Positions 53,432 to 63,999 of a DNA stretch of 64,000 bases are shown one piece after another. The notes beneath the pieces are model-generated. The model was given only the letters and a program-made list of their open reading frames with translations, was not told where the DNA came from and made no database searches. Numbering within the stretch: position 1 is the first letter of the stretch; the number at the start of each line of letters is the position of its first letter. The stretch lies in the IMG/VR virus record IMGVR_UViG_3300025133_009608, positions 252,665-316,664 of that record. One strand, given 5' to 3'. A program made the translations under genes and the position numbers.

Positions 53432-55885
53432 TTATTCGCACGATTTGGGGACAAGCGACTCTGCAGCGACCTCGATGGCCTCCTTTATAGATGTTGCTAT
53501 ATCCAGAGGATTTGCGCTACCCTTATCCGATGCAGATACTGTGTCCTGATGCGAAGGCCGCTCGGCCTTGCCTCCCTCTCTCATCATAATTTTCGTTCCA
53601 GATAAAATTAATTTATCGGTCGCCTCTAACATTAGATTGCCATCATTCCTAATAACCATCGGAGTATGGGGATTCATTCCTGCTATAACTAGGCCGTGGG
53701 GGCCGATCGATATAATGTAGTCTGATGCATATGGCGGGAGTACTTCGGCATCACCCGGGGAGCCTTTCGTCGGCATCGTCTTTTCTGGCGGCTCACTATT
53801 ATAATGAGCATCTAAGGTGCCCTTGTTTACTACGTTTACTCTAAGATCAAACCTGCCGGCACTGAACCCCCCAGAGCTCATCCCTCCAACGCTAATCGCT
53901 ACGTCTCCGTCTGTCTGTACGACTGCACTCCTGTTATTTTTATCTTTCCCCAGCCATGCGATCAGACTTCCTGCCGTATCCAACACCACGCTCTTCTTGT
54001 CGGCGTCATCCGCCCCAACAGACATCTCTAGTGAGCCCTCGAGGTTTACGTTCATACTTCTTCCGCCGGCGGAAGATATTGGAGCCCCAGAAGACACTTG
54101 AGATATTTCGACAGTGGATCCTCCATCCGGGGCTGGCTCAATAGACGTTATGTCAAATACATTCCCAAAAAACCCGTTTGCACGCGTTCCATCTTCATTA
54201 TAGTTACTAGTCCTGTCCTTTCCGCACACCGTGACTCCGCCTCCGGAGTCAATGGCAGACCCCTTTGGGGAGACAATTATTTTCGCCATAGATCCCGAAT
54301 GGGGCTTTGACTCCTCTCTTCCGTCTCCTCTTAGCGGGCCGGTACATATCTCAAACCCCTCTGGACGACTAGGAGCTCCTCGTGGAATCTTTCCCGTCGG
54401 AGTTATATTGTTTGGGGGAATATAAATTTTCGAAATAGTATTCGCGATCAACATCTCAGCTGCGGCATACATATTATGATGCTTTGTGGTATTTACCCTC
54501 GCAGTTTCCCCCTCCTCCGGAAAGTACCCCGATGAATTTGCAAACCTAACCCCAGTACCACGCTTTGTGCGCTGAGATGGAAATGGATGATTTATCTTTG
54601 GATATATTACCATTCCAGATTTAGATCTCAACGTTATCGGAATATCCTCATCGGAGGTAGGGAGTGCTGGCTCGACCGATATTTCTCCATTGTTATTATA
54701 CAATTTTGCATTAGTTACATATGGGATGTTTCCGGTAGGAGAGCTCCTTGGAACATTTAATTTTGCAACCCCCTCTTTGTCGATTCCAAAAACGAAATTA
54801 CTAGCAGTTTCGACGGGGCTGCTTATTTCCGTAGATGTCGACAGCTGAAAGTGGTAACCAAGCTCTCTTCTGGATATTCTTCTTGCCTTTTCAAAGCCTC
54901 TGCCAACATCCGTGGTGGGAACGGCGCCATCGGCCCCACCAATACTTACTTTTCCGTAGTTTATATCCAAAACATTGGATCCCATATCAACTACGCTTCC
55001 GCCAATTACCTCAATTAGCTGACTTGAGTCTAAAAATAATGCATTCTTGTGACTCATTCCTCTGCGGAACTTGAGACCTCCAGTTGTGGCCCCATGTACT
55101 GGCATTGTCTCCATTATCAGTGCAGATTCCGGGCCGAATCCCGCAAAGCCCACATAACTTGGGAACTCATTTATAACTTGTCTAAATTCACTTCTTGGAA
55201 TATTTCTCGGTGCGCCGCCGTCGGAGAACTCTTCGGCGGTGGCGGCAAACAGCCCTCTTTCGCTGCCCGAAAGGTCTCTAGATATATTAAGATCCGTATC
55301 GTCGTTACTCGGAATTGATGGCATCATGGAGCCGCTTCTTCGAACCGTTGTTGACCTAACTATCCCGCCCGCATCTGCCCTAACTGCGCCATGAAATAAA
55401 GCTGAAATCTGAGTTCGAGTAGCACTTCCGTCCAGGGAGCCAATCTTATATCCGGATCCGCTTGGAACCGATATTTCCACTCCATCATTATCCAAAAGAA
55501 CCATGGAGCCAGATGGGCCAAGTATGCACAACTCTCCATTTTCAAGCATGCTCCTCGGAAGGGGAGTAAGCCCGGCTGGCCGATCTGATGGGTCGATTCC
55601 ACTTTCATTTACATGAATCGGCGGTGTTTTTACCCCCATTATGACCAGCTCATCGGTGTTCGCGATTCTGCACGCAAATACCCTCATTCCATTCAGGGAT
55701 GTTCCTCCGGAGACTATTCCGTGATCCGTTCCCGCCAACCACTGTGGGATCGATGCCGAAACAGATGGGATTGACGTTCCCGCGGAATCATCGGACTCGA
55801 GAAGAACACCTCCACGACCATCGACTCCTACGACGGTATATGAGAGCATTGAATAAGCTTTAAATGGATTTAAACCAGAAACCAT
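53432..55885 (-). CDS. Probable baseplate central spike (gpV/gp5/VgrG C-terminal-like)
   Basis: Position after the hub. OB-fold-like N-terminus, LENGELCI.GPSGS.V.L pattern and beta-strand repeats near the C-terminus. Confidence 0.55.
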   Translation of the reverse strand: MVSGLNPFKAYSMLSYTVVGVDGRGGVLLESDDSAGTSIPSVSASIPQWLAGTDHGIVSGGTSLNGMRVFACRIANTDELVIMGVKTPPIHVNESGIDPSDRPAGLTPLPRSMLENGELCILGPSGSMVLLDNDGVEISVPSGSGYKIGSLDGSATRTQISALFHGAVRADAGGIVRSTTVRRSGSMMPSIPSNDDTDLNISRDLSGSERGLFAATAEEFSDGGAPRNIPRSEFRQVINEFPSYVGFAGFGPESALIMETMPVHGATTGGLKFRRGMSHKNALFLDSSQLIEVIGGSVVDMGSNVLDINYGKVSIGGADGAVPTTDVGRGFEKARRISRRELGYHFQLSTSTEISSPVETASNFVFGIDKEGVAKLNVPRSSPTGNIPYVTNAKLYNNNGEISVEPALPTSDEDIPITLRSKSGMVIYPKINHPFPSQRTKRGTGVRFANSSGYFPEEGETARVNTTKHHNMYAAAEMLIANTISKIYIPPNNITPTGKIPRGAPSRPEGFEICTGPLRGDGREESKPHSGSMAKIIVSPKGSAIDSGGGVTVCGKDRTSNYNEDGTRANGFFGNVFDITSIEPAPDGGSTVEISQVSSGAPISSAGGRSMNVNLEGSLEMSVGADDADKKSVVLDTAGSLIAWLGKDKNNRSAVVQTDGDVAISVGGMSSGGFSAGRFDLRVNVVNKGTLDAHYNSEPPEKTMPTKGSPGDAEVLPPYASDYIISIGPHGLVIAGMNPHTPMVIRNDGNLMLEATDKLILSGTKIMMREGGKAERPSHQDTVSASDKGSANPLDIATSIKEAIEVAAESLVPKSCE

Positions 55886-55887
55886 TA

Positions 55888-58800
55888 CTACCCCCCAGCC
55901 TCACTTACTGATCCCGGAATATCGATTATCCCTATTTCGATCACATTTTCTGTATTACTCATCATTATTCGCAAATCCAGCCATGTCTTCTGCTTGGGAC
56001 CCCCTTTTGGAAAGACTCCAAGAATATCAGCATCACTTATGCTGATACCAGCAGCACTTAGATCTCCTGCGATATCCACATTCATGCACCTGATTGTTCC
56101 AACGGTATTTTCATCTTCTTTTTCTAAATATACAATTTGCTCTAAAATTTTATCTTCCGGAACGGGACTGGCCATAATATTATTGGGGAGCCTCATTGGA
56201 GAGACTTCTTTCGAAGTTCCGGTCCCCATAAACAGGTCCCTCCCAGTTTCCATAAGAACATCCAGCCCAGACGTGCCAGAAGGCTGATGAGATACCTGCT
56301 GCGGATCCATTAGCAAAGACTTGACGGTGCTGGAGTTTCTTTCTGCATCAGATTTTGCAGAATTATCATATTTTGATTTTACAAACGTTCTTATTAGAAC
56401 GTATCTATTTCCAACGGCAGTGCCGGCCAGATCGATCATCATATTTGTAAACCTTACCTGATTATCTCCATACGCCAGAAGCTCAGCAACGCCCGCGCCA
56501 GGGGTGGAGGGAAACACCAGGGAGCAATCCGGGCGCAATGGTCTATAATTATCATCCCCTCTTTCGTTTCTATATGTTATTGTGCTGTGCTTCATTGGGT
56601 CCTTTGCAAACTGCTGCCCGATTACATCAAGTGGCGTGGGGAGGTAGATCCCGGGAGGATGCCCATATGTAAGATCCAAGGTCGTAGTAAAGGACTGGCC
56701 TATGGAGAATGAGTGATTTACAGAATTTACATAATAAAGAAGCCCCTTTTCTGATAAGTAAACCACATCTCCTGGTCGATAAAACTCGTTTCCCGCCAAG
56801 GTTACAGAGCCCTTATTGATGAGGGCTCTTTGCATTTGTAGCTCCAAAATAGCATACGGCCTACCCTGAGACTCTGGGTCGCTAATAAATGGAACTTTTA
56901 TATTCTTTTGCTTGTACCCATATTGACGCCAGAGATCAAAGTCCGTTGCCCCCGCCCAAAGATAATAACCCTCGAGCGAGCGCTCAAGAGCATCTGCTAC
57001 GCCGAGTGGCAGATCTCCTTTTATATCCACTCTTGTAAATTCCGGTGGATTTTCCGAAAAGCTAGCAGATAATATATTTTCTTCTCCGATTATAAACCTA
57101 GAGCCAGAACCTGGACCCAAAAGGTTTCTTCGGTCATCTTCAATCAAATGGTCAAAAATAGACCCTTTTGCCGCCGACCCCGTTAAAATATCCTTTATAG
57201 CATTAATCCCACGATTAACCGCCTGAAGGGGCTCTCCGATTGACTTTAGGCCGCGAGTGAGTTTTGCAATAGCGCTATTCCCGCTCATGCTTTTTATCTC
57301 ATCCTCTGAGCCATAATCTCCATAAAACATTTGCTCAATTTCTTCGAGCTCCGTTCTTTTTGCTATATTGTTTTTAAGCAGCGACACCAAGGAGTCCCTC
57401 TCTGAAATAGCGCTTTCTAGCTTGCTTAGAATATCACTTTCGCCCAAAAGATTATCTACAGCCCTCTCTGCAGCGTCGGAGCCCGTAGCCGACCCAAAGA
57501 AGAAGTCCTTACTTTGAAATCCTATATTTAAATCTATCCCAAGATTCTTGGCCGGATCCCTCCCTGTTTTGGACATAAAGGAGTTTCTTATTGCGTTTAG
57601 GTTTTCAACAGTTGCCGCGCCTCCGGCCGTCGCAGGAGGGGTTCCGATCCCCAATATGGCTCCATATAGATCATCAGAAACACCGGCAGACTCCCTATAT
57701 ATTACATCGAATGCGCCCAATATTGTTTCCGTATCCGCGTCTAAGACGTCTCCCTTTTCTTCCGTGCTTGTAAATGATATATTAATTCCGTTTCCAAGAG
57801 AAACATTATTCTGCTCTGTTAAATCTCCAACCCGAGTAAGGGGAATTGACGAATCATTAGTGGCTCCAGATGACATTCCCGGGATTCCTCCTAAAAGATT
57901 TCCAAAAAATCCTTTTGGCTCTGGAGACTTTACTCCAAAGAACTCCAAAGAGTCGCCACCGGAAGTTATCATATTTGGAATCAACGTACTATCTGGATAT
58001 CGACCCAACATTAGGGCTATCAATACTATTCTAATATTCTGCGTATGAATATCCAAATAAAGGCTATCTATTCTCGTCTGAAACATATTTGTTATAAAGT
58101 CTGGAATTATAGTTCTTCCAGTCTCTCGACTCATATTTATTGCCTCTTCTAAAACGCTATATGGAACCTTATTCCATGCCGGCGGCCTAAACTCCAGGTG
58201 TCCGTTTGGATTGCAAAAGAACTCTAATTTCAAATGACTAGTTGCCGCAGTACACTTGTTATAAACATCAACATAATCTGAGTCAAATAGCTTCCACCCA
58301 GATCGGTTGAGCCGAAGAAGGAATGGTCTTAAGTCAGTATTATAATCATATTGATCTGATACAATAAACAAATTATTATCTGAATTAAGTCTTACTTGAT
58401 CGATTTTTCTTTGAGCTCCCAATAACATTGTGGCCCTATTTATATCATGCTCTCTGGCTTCATTGCTCGAAGTTGGAAGCGACGGATTAGACCCAAAAAG
58501 ACTAAATTGAATTACAGCATTATCTGCCGAAGAAATTTGCCCAGCCTGAAGCCCCACCCTGACGTGATCGCTTATGGCGGCGCTTATAGACTGAATCTCT
58601 GCCTCTAGTGCATTTATAAGTATTCCGTTTTGAGTGTGAGCATTCTTTCTGAGATCTGATATTCTTCTTTTTATTGAAATCTTTCTTCTCTGAAGTAGAT
58701 CTACAGAGTTCTTTGCAACCTCGAGCTTTCCAACTGCAGATATAGTCTGCTGTATTGTCGAATTACTCATTGTAATCATTCTATATGGCTGAAAATTTCC

Positions 58801-60747
58801 ATAATAATCATTTTGACGACGCACAGACTCAATTACTGCACTCAGTGGGTCCGCCGGATCGAGAGTTGTTGATGACCTATTAATTCTAGAGTGGGCCTCA
58901 AAAGTCCTCTTCATAAAAGTCTCTACATTGTAGGGTTCTCCGATTATGAGAACGCTCAAAATATTTGCTATATCGAGATTTGACAAAACATCTTCTGCAA
59001 CCGTCAATCCATACTGAGATCGATCGGTTTGAGATTGTCGATTTGCCTCCTGAGTTGGGTCGGCCACCTGAAAGCCTGCAGTTGCAGTAATAATTCCCGT
59101 CTTCCACCTGTAAACAAATCCGCTCGGATGCTGCAAAACCTTTGCTCCATCGAGAGACCCTGCTCCATTATATTGCCCCTGAAGAATATTTCCCTCAGAA
59201 GCATTTTGGCCGGCGAGCAGCCCCGAGTCATACGATAGCAGTCCAGAATGTAATAAGTCTTTATTCTCCTGAAGGAGCTGCTGCCCCTCTCCGTACACAA
59301 CAGCGCCGGTGTCATCCAATGGAATGTCGAATGGAGTTAGTGGGTCCTCCAAGATGCCCTTTGGATCGCTAAGAGATGGCGATATATTAAACCTAGACCA
59401 CTGGAGCCAGGCCATATTATCTACACAGTTAATGGTCATCTTCCACTTTCCGCTTTGGAAGCTTTCCGATACGCTCTTCACAAATCCGCCATACACGGAG
59501 ATCATGCCAAAAGAGTTATCTACAGTCTGTCTCAGCTTCCTGTAAGACTCGGCATCAACTAATCCGCTGGTATTCAGCCTCATTTCCGCCCTAATCATTA
59601 CGTCGTCAACTTCTAGGCCCGTCTTATCCATAGTTATCGACGAATATCCTCCGCCGTCCTCGTACGACTCTGTTGTTCGATTTCCTCGTATAAAGAAATT
59701 AACACTGTCTGCTGGGTTCACGAGCCCCTTACCCAAATAGAAGCTTCTAAGCCTCTCTCTTACGTGATTTAAGTTTACAGTTGTTCCTCCTAAAATATCT
59801 CCGAGGCCCGAGGCTTCCAGTGCTGTAGATATTATTTCTCCGCCATCAATCGGAGGGACCTTGCCTCCAAGGGCAACGGATCCCTCACCGTTGGCAAGGG
59901 CGCTCAAGAGGCCAAGGGTACCATTTACGGCCTCATCTATTGCAGATTCAATATCTCCCTCAAGAACTGTCATTAGCCTATATGGATTCTCTATATTTAT
60001 CGTCGCAGAGCTTGGATTGGAAGATACATCGCAAGATGTCGTAAAAGAAAAGAATGAAGACATCTCTATGACCCCGGTTCCGGGGCCAATTGAGTAATTA
60101 TCCTCACTTTCAGGATCAACAACCCAGGTTGTTAACGTGGAGTCATAAGAGAATGCATTTCTCTTTATTATATCAGCAATCTCCTCCGTCACCCTTCGGG
60201 CGGCATCCTGTCCGGCGGTATATCCGAACACATCGCCTATATCCGAGAAGACTCCCCCGGAAAAGTCGTTAGACTTTAGGGCCTTGGCGTCGGCCGTAGA
60301 CTCTGCTTCTTTTAGAAATTGAGATAGCAAGCTGAGATTATATTCTTTATGCTCTGCATAATAATCCTTAAACTTGGTCAGAGACTCATATGCTCGAAGC
60401 TGCTGGACCTTTATTGCAAAAAGAGCTTTGGTCGCCCTTAAAAACATCTTTTCAGTATCGTCCATCCATTTTAAATCATTTGAAGACTTCAGTGACGAAA
60501 ATGCCTTCTTCTTAATAAGTACAACCGCCTCTGGGGACATACTTACTACGTTTCTAGACTTTGGCGTAAAAGATGAATTTTTATCTTGATTCAAAAAAAT
60601 ACTATAACCAGACTCCGTAAGGGACTGGTGATTGCTATCGGTGCTCTTTGTATCGACCCATGCCGTAGCCTCTCCTCTGAGAATTCCATTAACGGCATTC
60701 TCAACATATTTCAATCCATCGGCAATGATGTCATTTTTTTTAGCCAC
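55888..60747 (-). CDS. Baseplate hub (gp27/gpD/VgrG-like) with large insertions
   Basis: SATINIENP, VYGGFVKSVSE, MTINCVDNM.WL, LEFFC...GHLEFRPP.WN and GSVTLAGNEFYRPGDVVY...YYVNSVNHSF...FTTTLDL. Confidence 0.8.
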   Translation of the reverse strand: MAKKNDIIADGLKYVENAVNGILRGEATAWVDTKSTDSNHQSLTESGYSIFLNQDKNSSFTPKSRNVVSMSPEAVVLIKKKAFSSLKSSNDLKWMDDTEKMFLRATKALFAIKVQQLRAYESLTKFKDYYAEHKEYNLSLLSQFLKEAESTADAKALKSNDFSGGVFSDIGDVFGYTAGQDAARRVTEEIADIIKRNAFSYDSTLTTWVVDPESEDNYSIGPGTGVIEMSSFFSFTTSCDVSSNPSSATINIENPYRLMTVLEGDIESAIDEAVNGTLGLLSALANGEGSVALGGKVPPIDGGEIISTALEASGLGDILGGTTVNLNHVRERLRSFYLGKGLVNPADSVNFFIRGNRTTESYEDGGGYSSITMDKTGLEVDDVMIRAEMRLNTSGLVDAESYRKLRQTVDNSFGMISVYGGFVKSVSESFQSGKWKMTINCVDNMAWLQWSRFNISPSLSDPKGILEDPLTPFDIPLDDTGAVVYGEGQQLLQENKDLLHSGLLSYDSGLLAGQNASEGNILQGQYNGAGSLDGAKVLQHPSGFVYRWKTGIITATAGFQVADPTQEANRQSQTDRSQYGLTVAEDVLSNLDIANILSVLIIGEPYNVETFMKRTFEAHSRINRSSTTLDPADPLSAVIESVRRQNDYYGNFQPYRMITMSNSTIQQTISAVGKLEVAKNSVDLLQRRKISIKRRISDLRKNAHTQNGILINALEAEIQSISAAISDHVRVGLQAGQISSADNAVIQFSLFGSNPSLPTSSNEAREHDINRATMLLGAQRKIDQVRLNSDNNLFIVSDQYDYNTDLRPFLLRLNRSGWKLFDSDYVDVYNKCTAATSHLKLEFFCNPNGHLEFRPPAWNKVPYSVLEEAINMSRETGRTIIPDFITNMFQTRIDSLYLDIHTQNIRIVLIALMLGRYPDSTLIPNMITSGGDSLEFFGVKSPEPKGFFGNLLGGIPGMSSGATNDSSIPLTRVGDLTEQNNVSLGNGINISFTSTEEKGDVLDADTETILGAFDVIYRESAGVSDDLYGAILGIGTPPATAGGAATVENLNAIRNSFMSKTGRDPAKNLGIDLNIGFQSKDFFFGSATGSDAAERAVDNLLGESDILSKLESAISERDSLVSLLKNNIAKRTELEEIEQMFYGDYGSEDEIKSMSGNSAIAKLTRGLKSIGEPLQAVNRGINAIKDILTGSAAKGSIFDHLIEDDRRNLLGPGSGSRFIIGEENILSASFSENPPEFTRVDIKGDLPLGVADALERSLEGYYLWAGATDFDLWRQYGYKQKNIKVPFISDPESQGRPYAILELQMQRALINKGSVTLAGNEFYRPGDVVYLSEKGLLYYVNSVNHSFSIGQSFTTTLDLTYGHPPGIYLPTPLDVIGQQFAKDPMKHSTITYRNERGDDNYRPLRPDCSLVFPSTPGAGVAELLAYGDNQVRFTNMMIDLAGTAVGNRYVLIRTFVKSKYDNSAKSDAERNSSTVKSLLMDPQQVSHQPSGTSGLDVLMETGRDLFMGTGTSKEVSPMRLPNNIMASPVPEDKILEQIVYLEKEDENTVGTIRCMNVDIAGDLSAAGISISDADILGVFPKGGPKQKTWLDLRIMMSNTENVIEIGIIDIPGSVSEAGG

Positions 60748-60777
60748 TTTACAAACCTAAACTTAAATTACTAACTT

Positions 60778-60789
60778 ATTTTACCAAAA
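60778..60789 (-). promoter_or_regulatory. Candidate extended -10 promoter TTTTGGTAAAAT upstream of the hub gene
   Basis: Identical 12-mer to 24785-24796, in an 83-nt intergenic gap. Confidence 0.45.
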
Positions 60790-60830
60790 GACGGATAATT
60801 TACCGCTCTTTTTATCAAGAAGATGAGCGC

Positions 60831-61802
60831 TTATTCGTCTCCGTCTTCGGCGATCTTAATCCTAATTGGCTTCAAAATTCCCCTTGACAGATTGCTTTCA
60901 AAGCTTAGCTCACTTATTTCTATGCTCTTATTTGAGCCCCTATAATCAAACTCATCTCCGCTGACATTTGGCTCAGTGGCAGTTCTAGTTTTGCCGTCTG
61001 GGCCGAGAGCCTTGCGATGCCATGGCATAAAGTTTTCTCGAACACCAGTCCTTCGCGTTACAGTAAAGCTAAAGTCATAATTAAACAAGCCGGGACTCGT
61101 TGCGGATTCTTTTACGTTGAAGCTTAAAAAGAACCCGCGAAACATCTCCCCTTGGTAGTACATATCGACCTGAGTTGCAAATGACGCCAAAGTTGGTGCC
61201 GTAAGAAATGACGATGTCTTTAGCTCTCCGGCGCCGGGGGTGGCTCCAGAAAATGCATTCCCAATCATATCTATTGCATTACTAAATCCATTCACAGTCT
61301 GCGACCAGGCTCCGCCGGTGACCAGGTCAGCTGCGTTAGTCATAAAACCCCCAAATCCGTCCCTTGACTGGGATTCTATGGCATTAGTTAGCGCATCATT
61401 TGCTGCTTTTTTACTAGCAGCCTCTCTGGCTCTATGCTTTAAAACTTTTCTAAAATGAATCTGCTCATGACGATAGATGTCTCTTAGTACATTTATACCC
61501 TCAATTCCTGCTGAGCCGGTTGTTCCGCTGGCGTTTATACTTGGAAGCTCCTCTCCCCAATATTGGACCATATACCCGCCCTTTGTCATTTGAGATGAAA
61601 TAACTTTTTTCTCTGATATATTAAACTCTTGGGGATTTAGGTACATAACCTTCGCGTCCTTCCCGAAAGTTCCGTCCTCCCCATATGAAATCGGAACACC
61701 CGTGGCCGGATCTGATGACTGATCTTCCGTCAAATATGTCGGAAGGAAAAACATTATAGTTTCTCTTGTCTGCGTAAAGCTTGAATTTATCTTTCTGGTC
61801 AT
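60831..61802 (-). CDS. Tail-tube-fold baseplate protein (tube initiator, gpU/gp54-like)
   Basis: MYLNPQEFNI...T.GGY.VQYWGEEL..I..SGTTG and Y.GEMFRGFFLSFNV.ES...PGLFNYDFSF; lies between tape measure and hub. Confidence 0.65.
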   Translation of the reverse strand: MTRKINSSFTQTRETIMFFLPTYLTEDQSSDPATGVPISYGEDGTFGKDAKVMYLNPQEFNISEKKVISSQMTKGGYMVQYWGEELPSINASGTTGSAGIEGINVLRDIYRHEQIHFRKVLKHRAREAASKKAANDALTNAIESQSRDGFGGFMTNAADLVTGGAWSQTVNGFSNAIDMIGNAFSGATPGAGELKTSSFLTAPTLASFATQVDMYYQGEMFRGFFLSFNVKESATSPGLFNYDFSFTVTRRTGVRENFMPWHRKALGPDGKTRTATEPNVSGDEFDYRGSNKSIEISELSFESNLSRGILKPIRIKIAEDGDE

Positions 61803-63796
61803 TGTGAGCCACCATCGGGGACGCCGGCGGCCTCAACTAGCGCCAGCAGGCTGTTGGCGGGTGTTACTACCACTCTTTGTGGCTGATTCTCGAGGGCTCG
61901 GCTGAGCCGATTCATAGATGAGGCGAGGTCGGAGCTGGATCCGCTGCGCCCACTCGAGCCACTTCCGGACGTGCCGCTGCGACCGGCGAGGGCTGCAGCT
62001 TCTGCTTCCTGGCTATTCGGTGCTATGTATGTCCCATTCCTCGTGTATTCCCCAACCCGTTCTTTTAATCTATCTAGCATATCCAGCTCTTCCGGTGACA
62101 TATCGCCGGCCTCATTTAGGTTACTGAGGGTCCTTTCTGCGTTGGAAACTATCGCGCTCTCAGCTGCGTCGAGGTCGTCTGAACTATCGACACCTCTAAG
62201 GTTTCCCATGATGACGCTCATCTGGTCCCAGTCTCTATTTGCCATGGCGGCTTGGTCGCTATCGCCGCCCATTTCGGCAACGCGATTAAATAGGGCTCGC
62301 ATGGCACTCTCGATGTGACGGGCGTCATCCCCAGCCCGCCCCCTAAGGCCCCTTATGTTGTCTATCTGTGCAATCTGGGCCATGGCGACTAGCCTTCCAG
62401 TGTGGAGAGATATCTTCTTGGTTTCGTCCAAGGTCTCGTCCACCGCGGTTCGCGACTCACTAAGTTGAGCCTCTAGGGCCGCTACAGCGCCGGAGTCTCC
62501 AGACCGGCGAGCATCATCGAGTTCTGACAGCATCTCTAGCGTCCTGGATGCATCGTCCTGGCCCATGCCATACTGACTCATCAGCAGTTGCTCTTGCATA
62601 TAGTAGGCATTCGCTTTAGATGGGTCGTTATCGGCCTCAGTCAGAGTGACAATATCTCCTCCGGTAAAAGACGCTATAGTATCTCGCATCCCCTGTGCCA
62701 GAGTATGAGCCATAGCCCCCTGGTCCCCATCTCTTTCTGCTCTTAACATGTCTGCGCGAAGCCCAATCGACGCCCCGAGGACTCCCGATCCGCCCGAGCC
62801 CCCCATCTCGAGGCCTCCTCTCTGAAACGTTACGTAAGCCAGGCCATAATCTTCGGTTAGCTTTCCAATTGCGCCGGAAAATGACCTGGTCAGGTTCATT
62901 GCGTTCTCTATTCCTAGCCCAACATTTGTCACCGACTGGGCAAACCCTTCTAAAAACGGGCGGCCAAAGTTTGCCGACATTCCTAATTTTTCAAATCTTT
63001 GAGCCGCGCCCTCTAGGGTGCTGGAGACCTTGTCGGTATTTAACCCAGTCTCTGAGGCTACTTGATTGTACATCGCCATCTGCCCAATAGCGCCCTCGGT
63101 CGACATTCCATACACATTCATGGAGGTATTTAAATGAGACATATATGATGCGGCAGTCATTCCTATCGCTGTAGCGTGAGCTGTGGCCACAGACCATGCT
63201 GTTGTAGCCCTCCCTCCCACATGCATTGTATCTGCGAGATCCGACATCCTGATACTAGTACCGCTTGTGGCCTCTGACATTTTGAGAAGACTCTCTCCGG
63301 AGAGGAACATGTGAGTTGCGAAATCTGACGTGACTTCGGTATTAAATACTTCATAAAAAGACTTTGCGGTATCAAAGGTTCCGCCGAATGCCTTTTCGAG
63401 ATCCCACATCCCCCCTTCGAGCTCGCGGATTGGCTTTGAAAACGCATCTAATGTGTTTATATATCCCTGTACCGCCTCCGAGGCGACCCTTGTTGCCGAG
63501 CCCATGGCGCTAATAACGTTCTTTACTGCACCAATGGGGGCCGAGGCAAGGCCGCCAAGTATTGGAACCGCCCTCACAATCGATTCCATCTGCCCGGTTA
63601 AATCTGCTATGCTTTTTGCCGTGCCGGCTATACCATCAGTCAGAAGGCCGAGGCCATTACCCGTGTTGATGCCGGCCCTAGATAGGGATGTCAAGCTTTC
63701 GGATAACGTCTTTACACTGGTAGTGGCCCTTGTCGCCGAATCGGCCAAGCCGCCGATGGCGGCACCGGTACTATTAGATCCGTCACCTTGAGCCAT
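61799..63796 (-). CDS. Probable tail tape measure protein
   Basis: Ala/Gly/Ser/Met-rich helical composition and canonical position upstream of the initiator and hub genes. Confidence 0.65.
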   Translation of the reverse strand: MAQGDGSNSTGAAIGGLADSATRATTSVKTLSESLTSLSRAGINTGNGLGLLTDGIAGTAKSIADLTGQMESIVRAVPILGGLASAPIGAVKNVISAMGSATRVASEAVQGYINTLDAFSKPIRELEGGMWDLEKAFGGTFDTAKSFYEVFNTEVTSDFATHMFLSGESLLKMSEATSGTSIRMSDLADTMHVGGRATTAWSVATAHATAIGMTAASYMSHLNTSMNVYGMSTEGAIGQMAMYNQVASETGLNTDKVSSTLEGAAQRFEKLGMSANFGRPFLEGFAQSVTNVGLGIENAMNLTRSFSGAIGKLTEDYGLAYVTFQRGGLEMGGSGGSGVLGASIGLRADMLRAERDGDQGAMAHTLAQGMRDTIASFTGGDIVTLTEADNDPSKANAYYMQEQLLMSQYGMGQDDASRTLEMLSELDDARRSGDSGAVAALEAQLSESRTAVDETLDETKKISLHTGRLVAMAQIAQIDNIRGLRGRAGDDARHIESAMRALFNRVAEMGGDSDQAAMANRDWDQMSVIMGNLRGVDSSDDLDAAESAIVSNAERTLSNLNEAGDMSPEELDMLDRLKERVGEYTRNGTYIAPNSQEAEAAALAGRSGTSGSGSSGRSGSSSDLASSMNRLSRALENQPQRVVVTPANSLLALVEAAGVPDGGSQ

Positions 63797-63798
63797 AA

Positions 63799-63999
63799 TT
63801 AAATATCATCCTTTATTGCACTTAATAATCCAGAGATATCCCCCGGAAGAGAGGCTCCCCTTCCAGAGCGAACGCTCTTGTCATCATTTGCTTTTAAATT
63901 AGTATTTTTATACTTATCCTTTATCGCGGCAATAAGATCACGATCAAATAATTCTCCATCTTCAATTCTTTGCTCGAACTCAGAATCAGAATCAAATCG
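63799..63999 (-). CDS. C-terminal part of a hypothetical protein (possibly tail assembly chaperone by position)
   Basis: Open frame RFDSDSEFEQRIEDGELFDRDLIAAIKDKY...SAIKDDI* ends 2 nt before the tape measure ATG. Confidence 0.6.
   Translation of the reverse strand, partial: RFDSDSEFEQRIEDGELFDRDLIAAIKDKYKNTNLKANDDKSVRSGRGASLPGDISGLLSAIKDDI

Noticed and set aside
60804-60829. Possible hairpin CGCTC...GAGCG after the tube-initiator gene
   Set aside because: The stem is only 5 bp with a long loop and no adjacent U-tract.
110-63791. Numerous short plus-strand and nested ORFs in the track (e.g. 40679-41320, 57548-58048, 8497-8919, 49393-49764)
   Set aside because: They are antisense or out-of-frame shadows of long, motif-supported minus-strand genes and show no recognisable domains.
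24830-63999. Bacterial eCIS/T6SS locus instead of a phage
   Set aside because: No AAA ATPase or membrane complex is present, there are no housekeeping neighbours, and the accessory genes are phage-like. This is not fully excluded because capsid and terminase genes lie outside the window.
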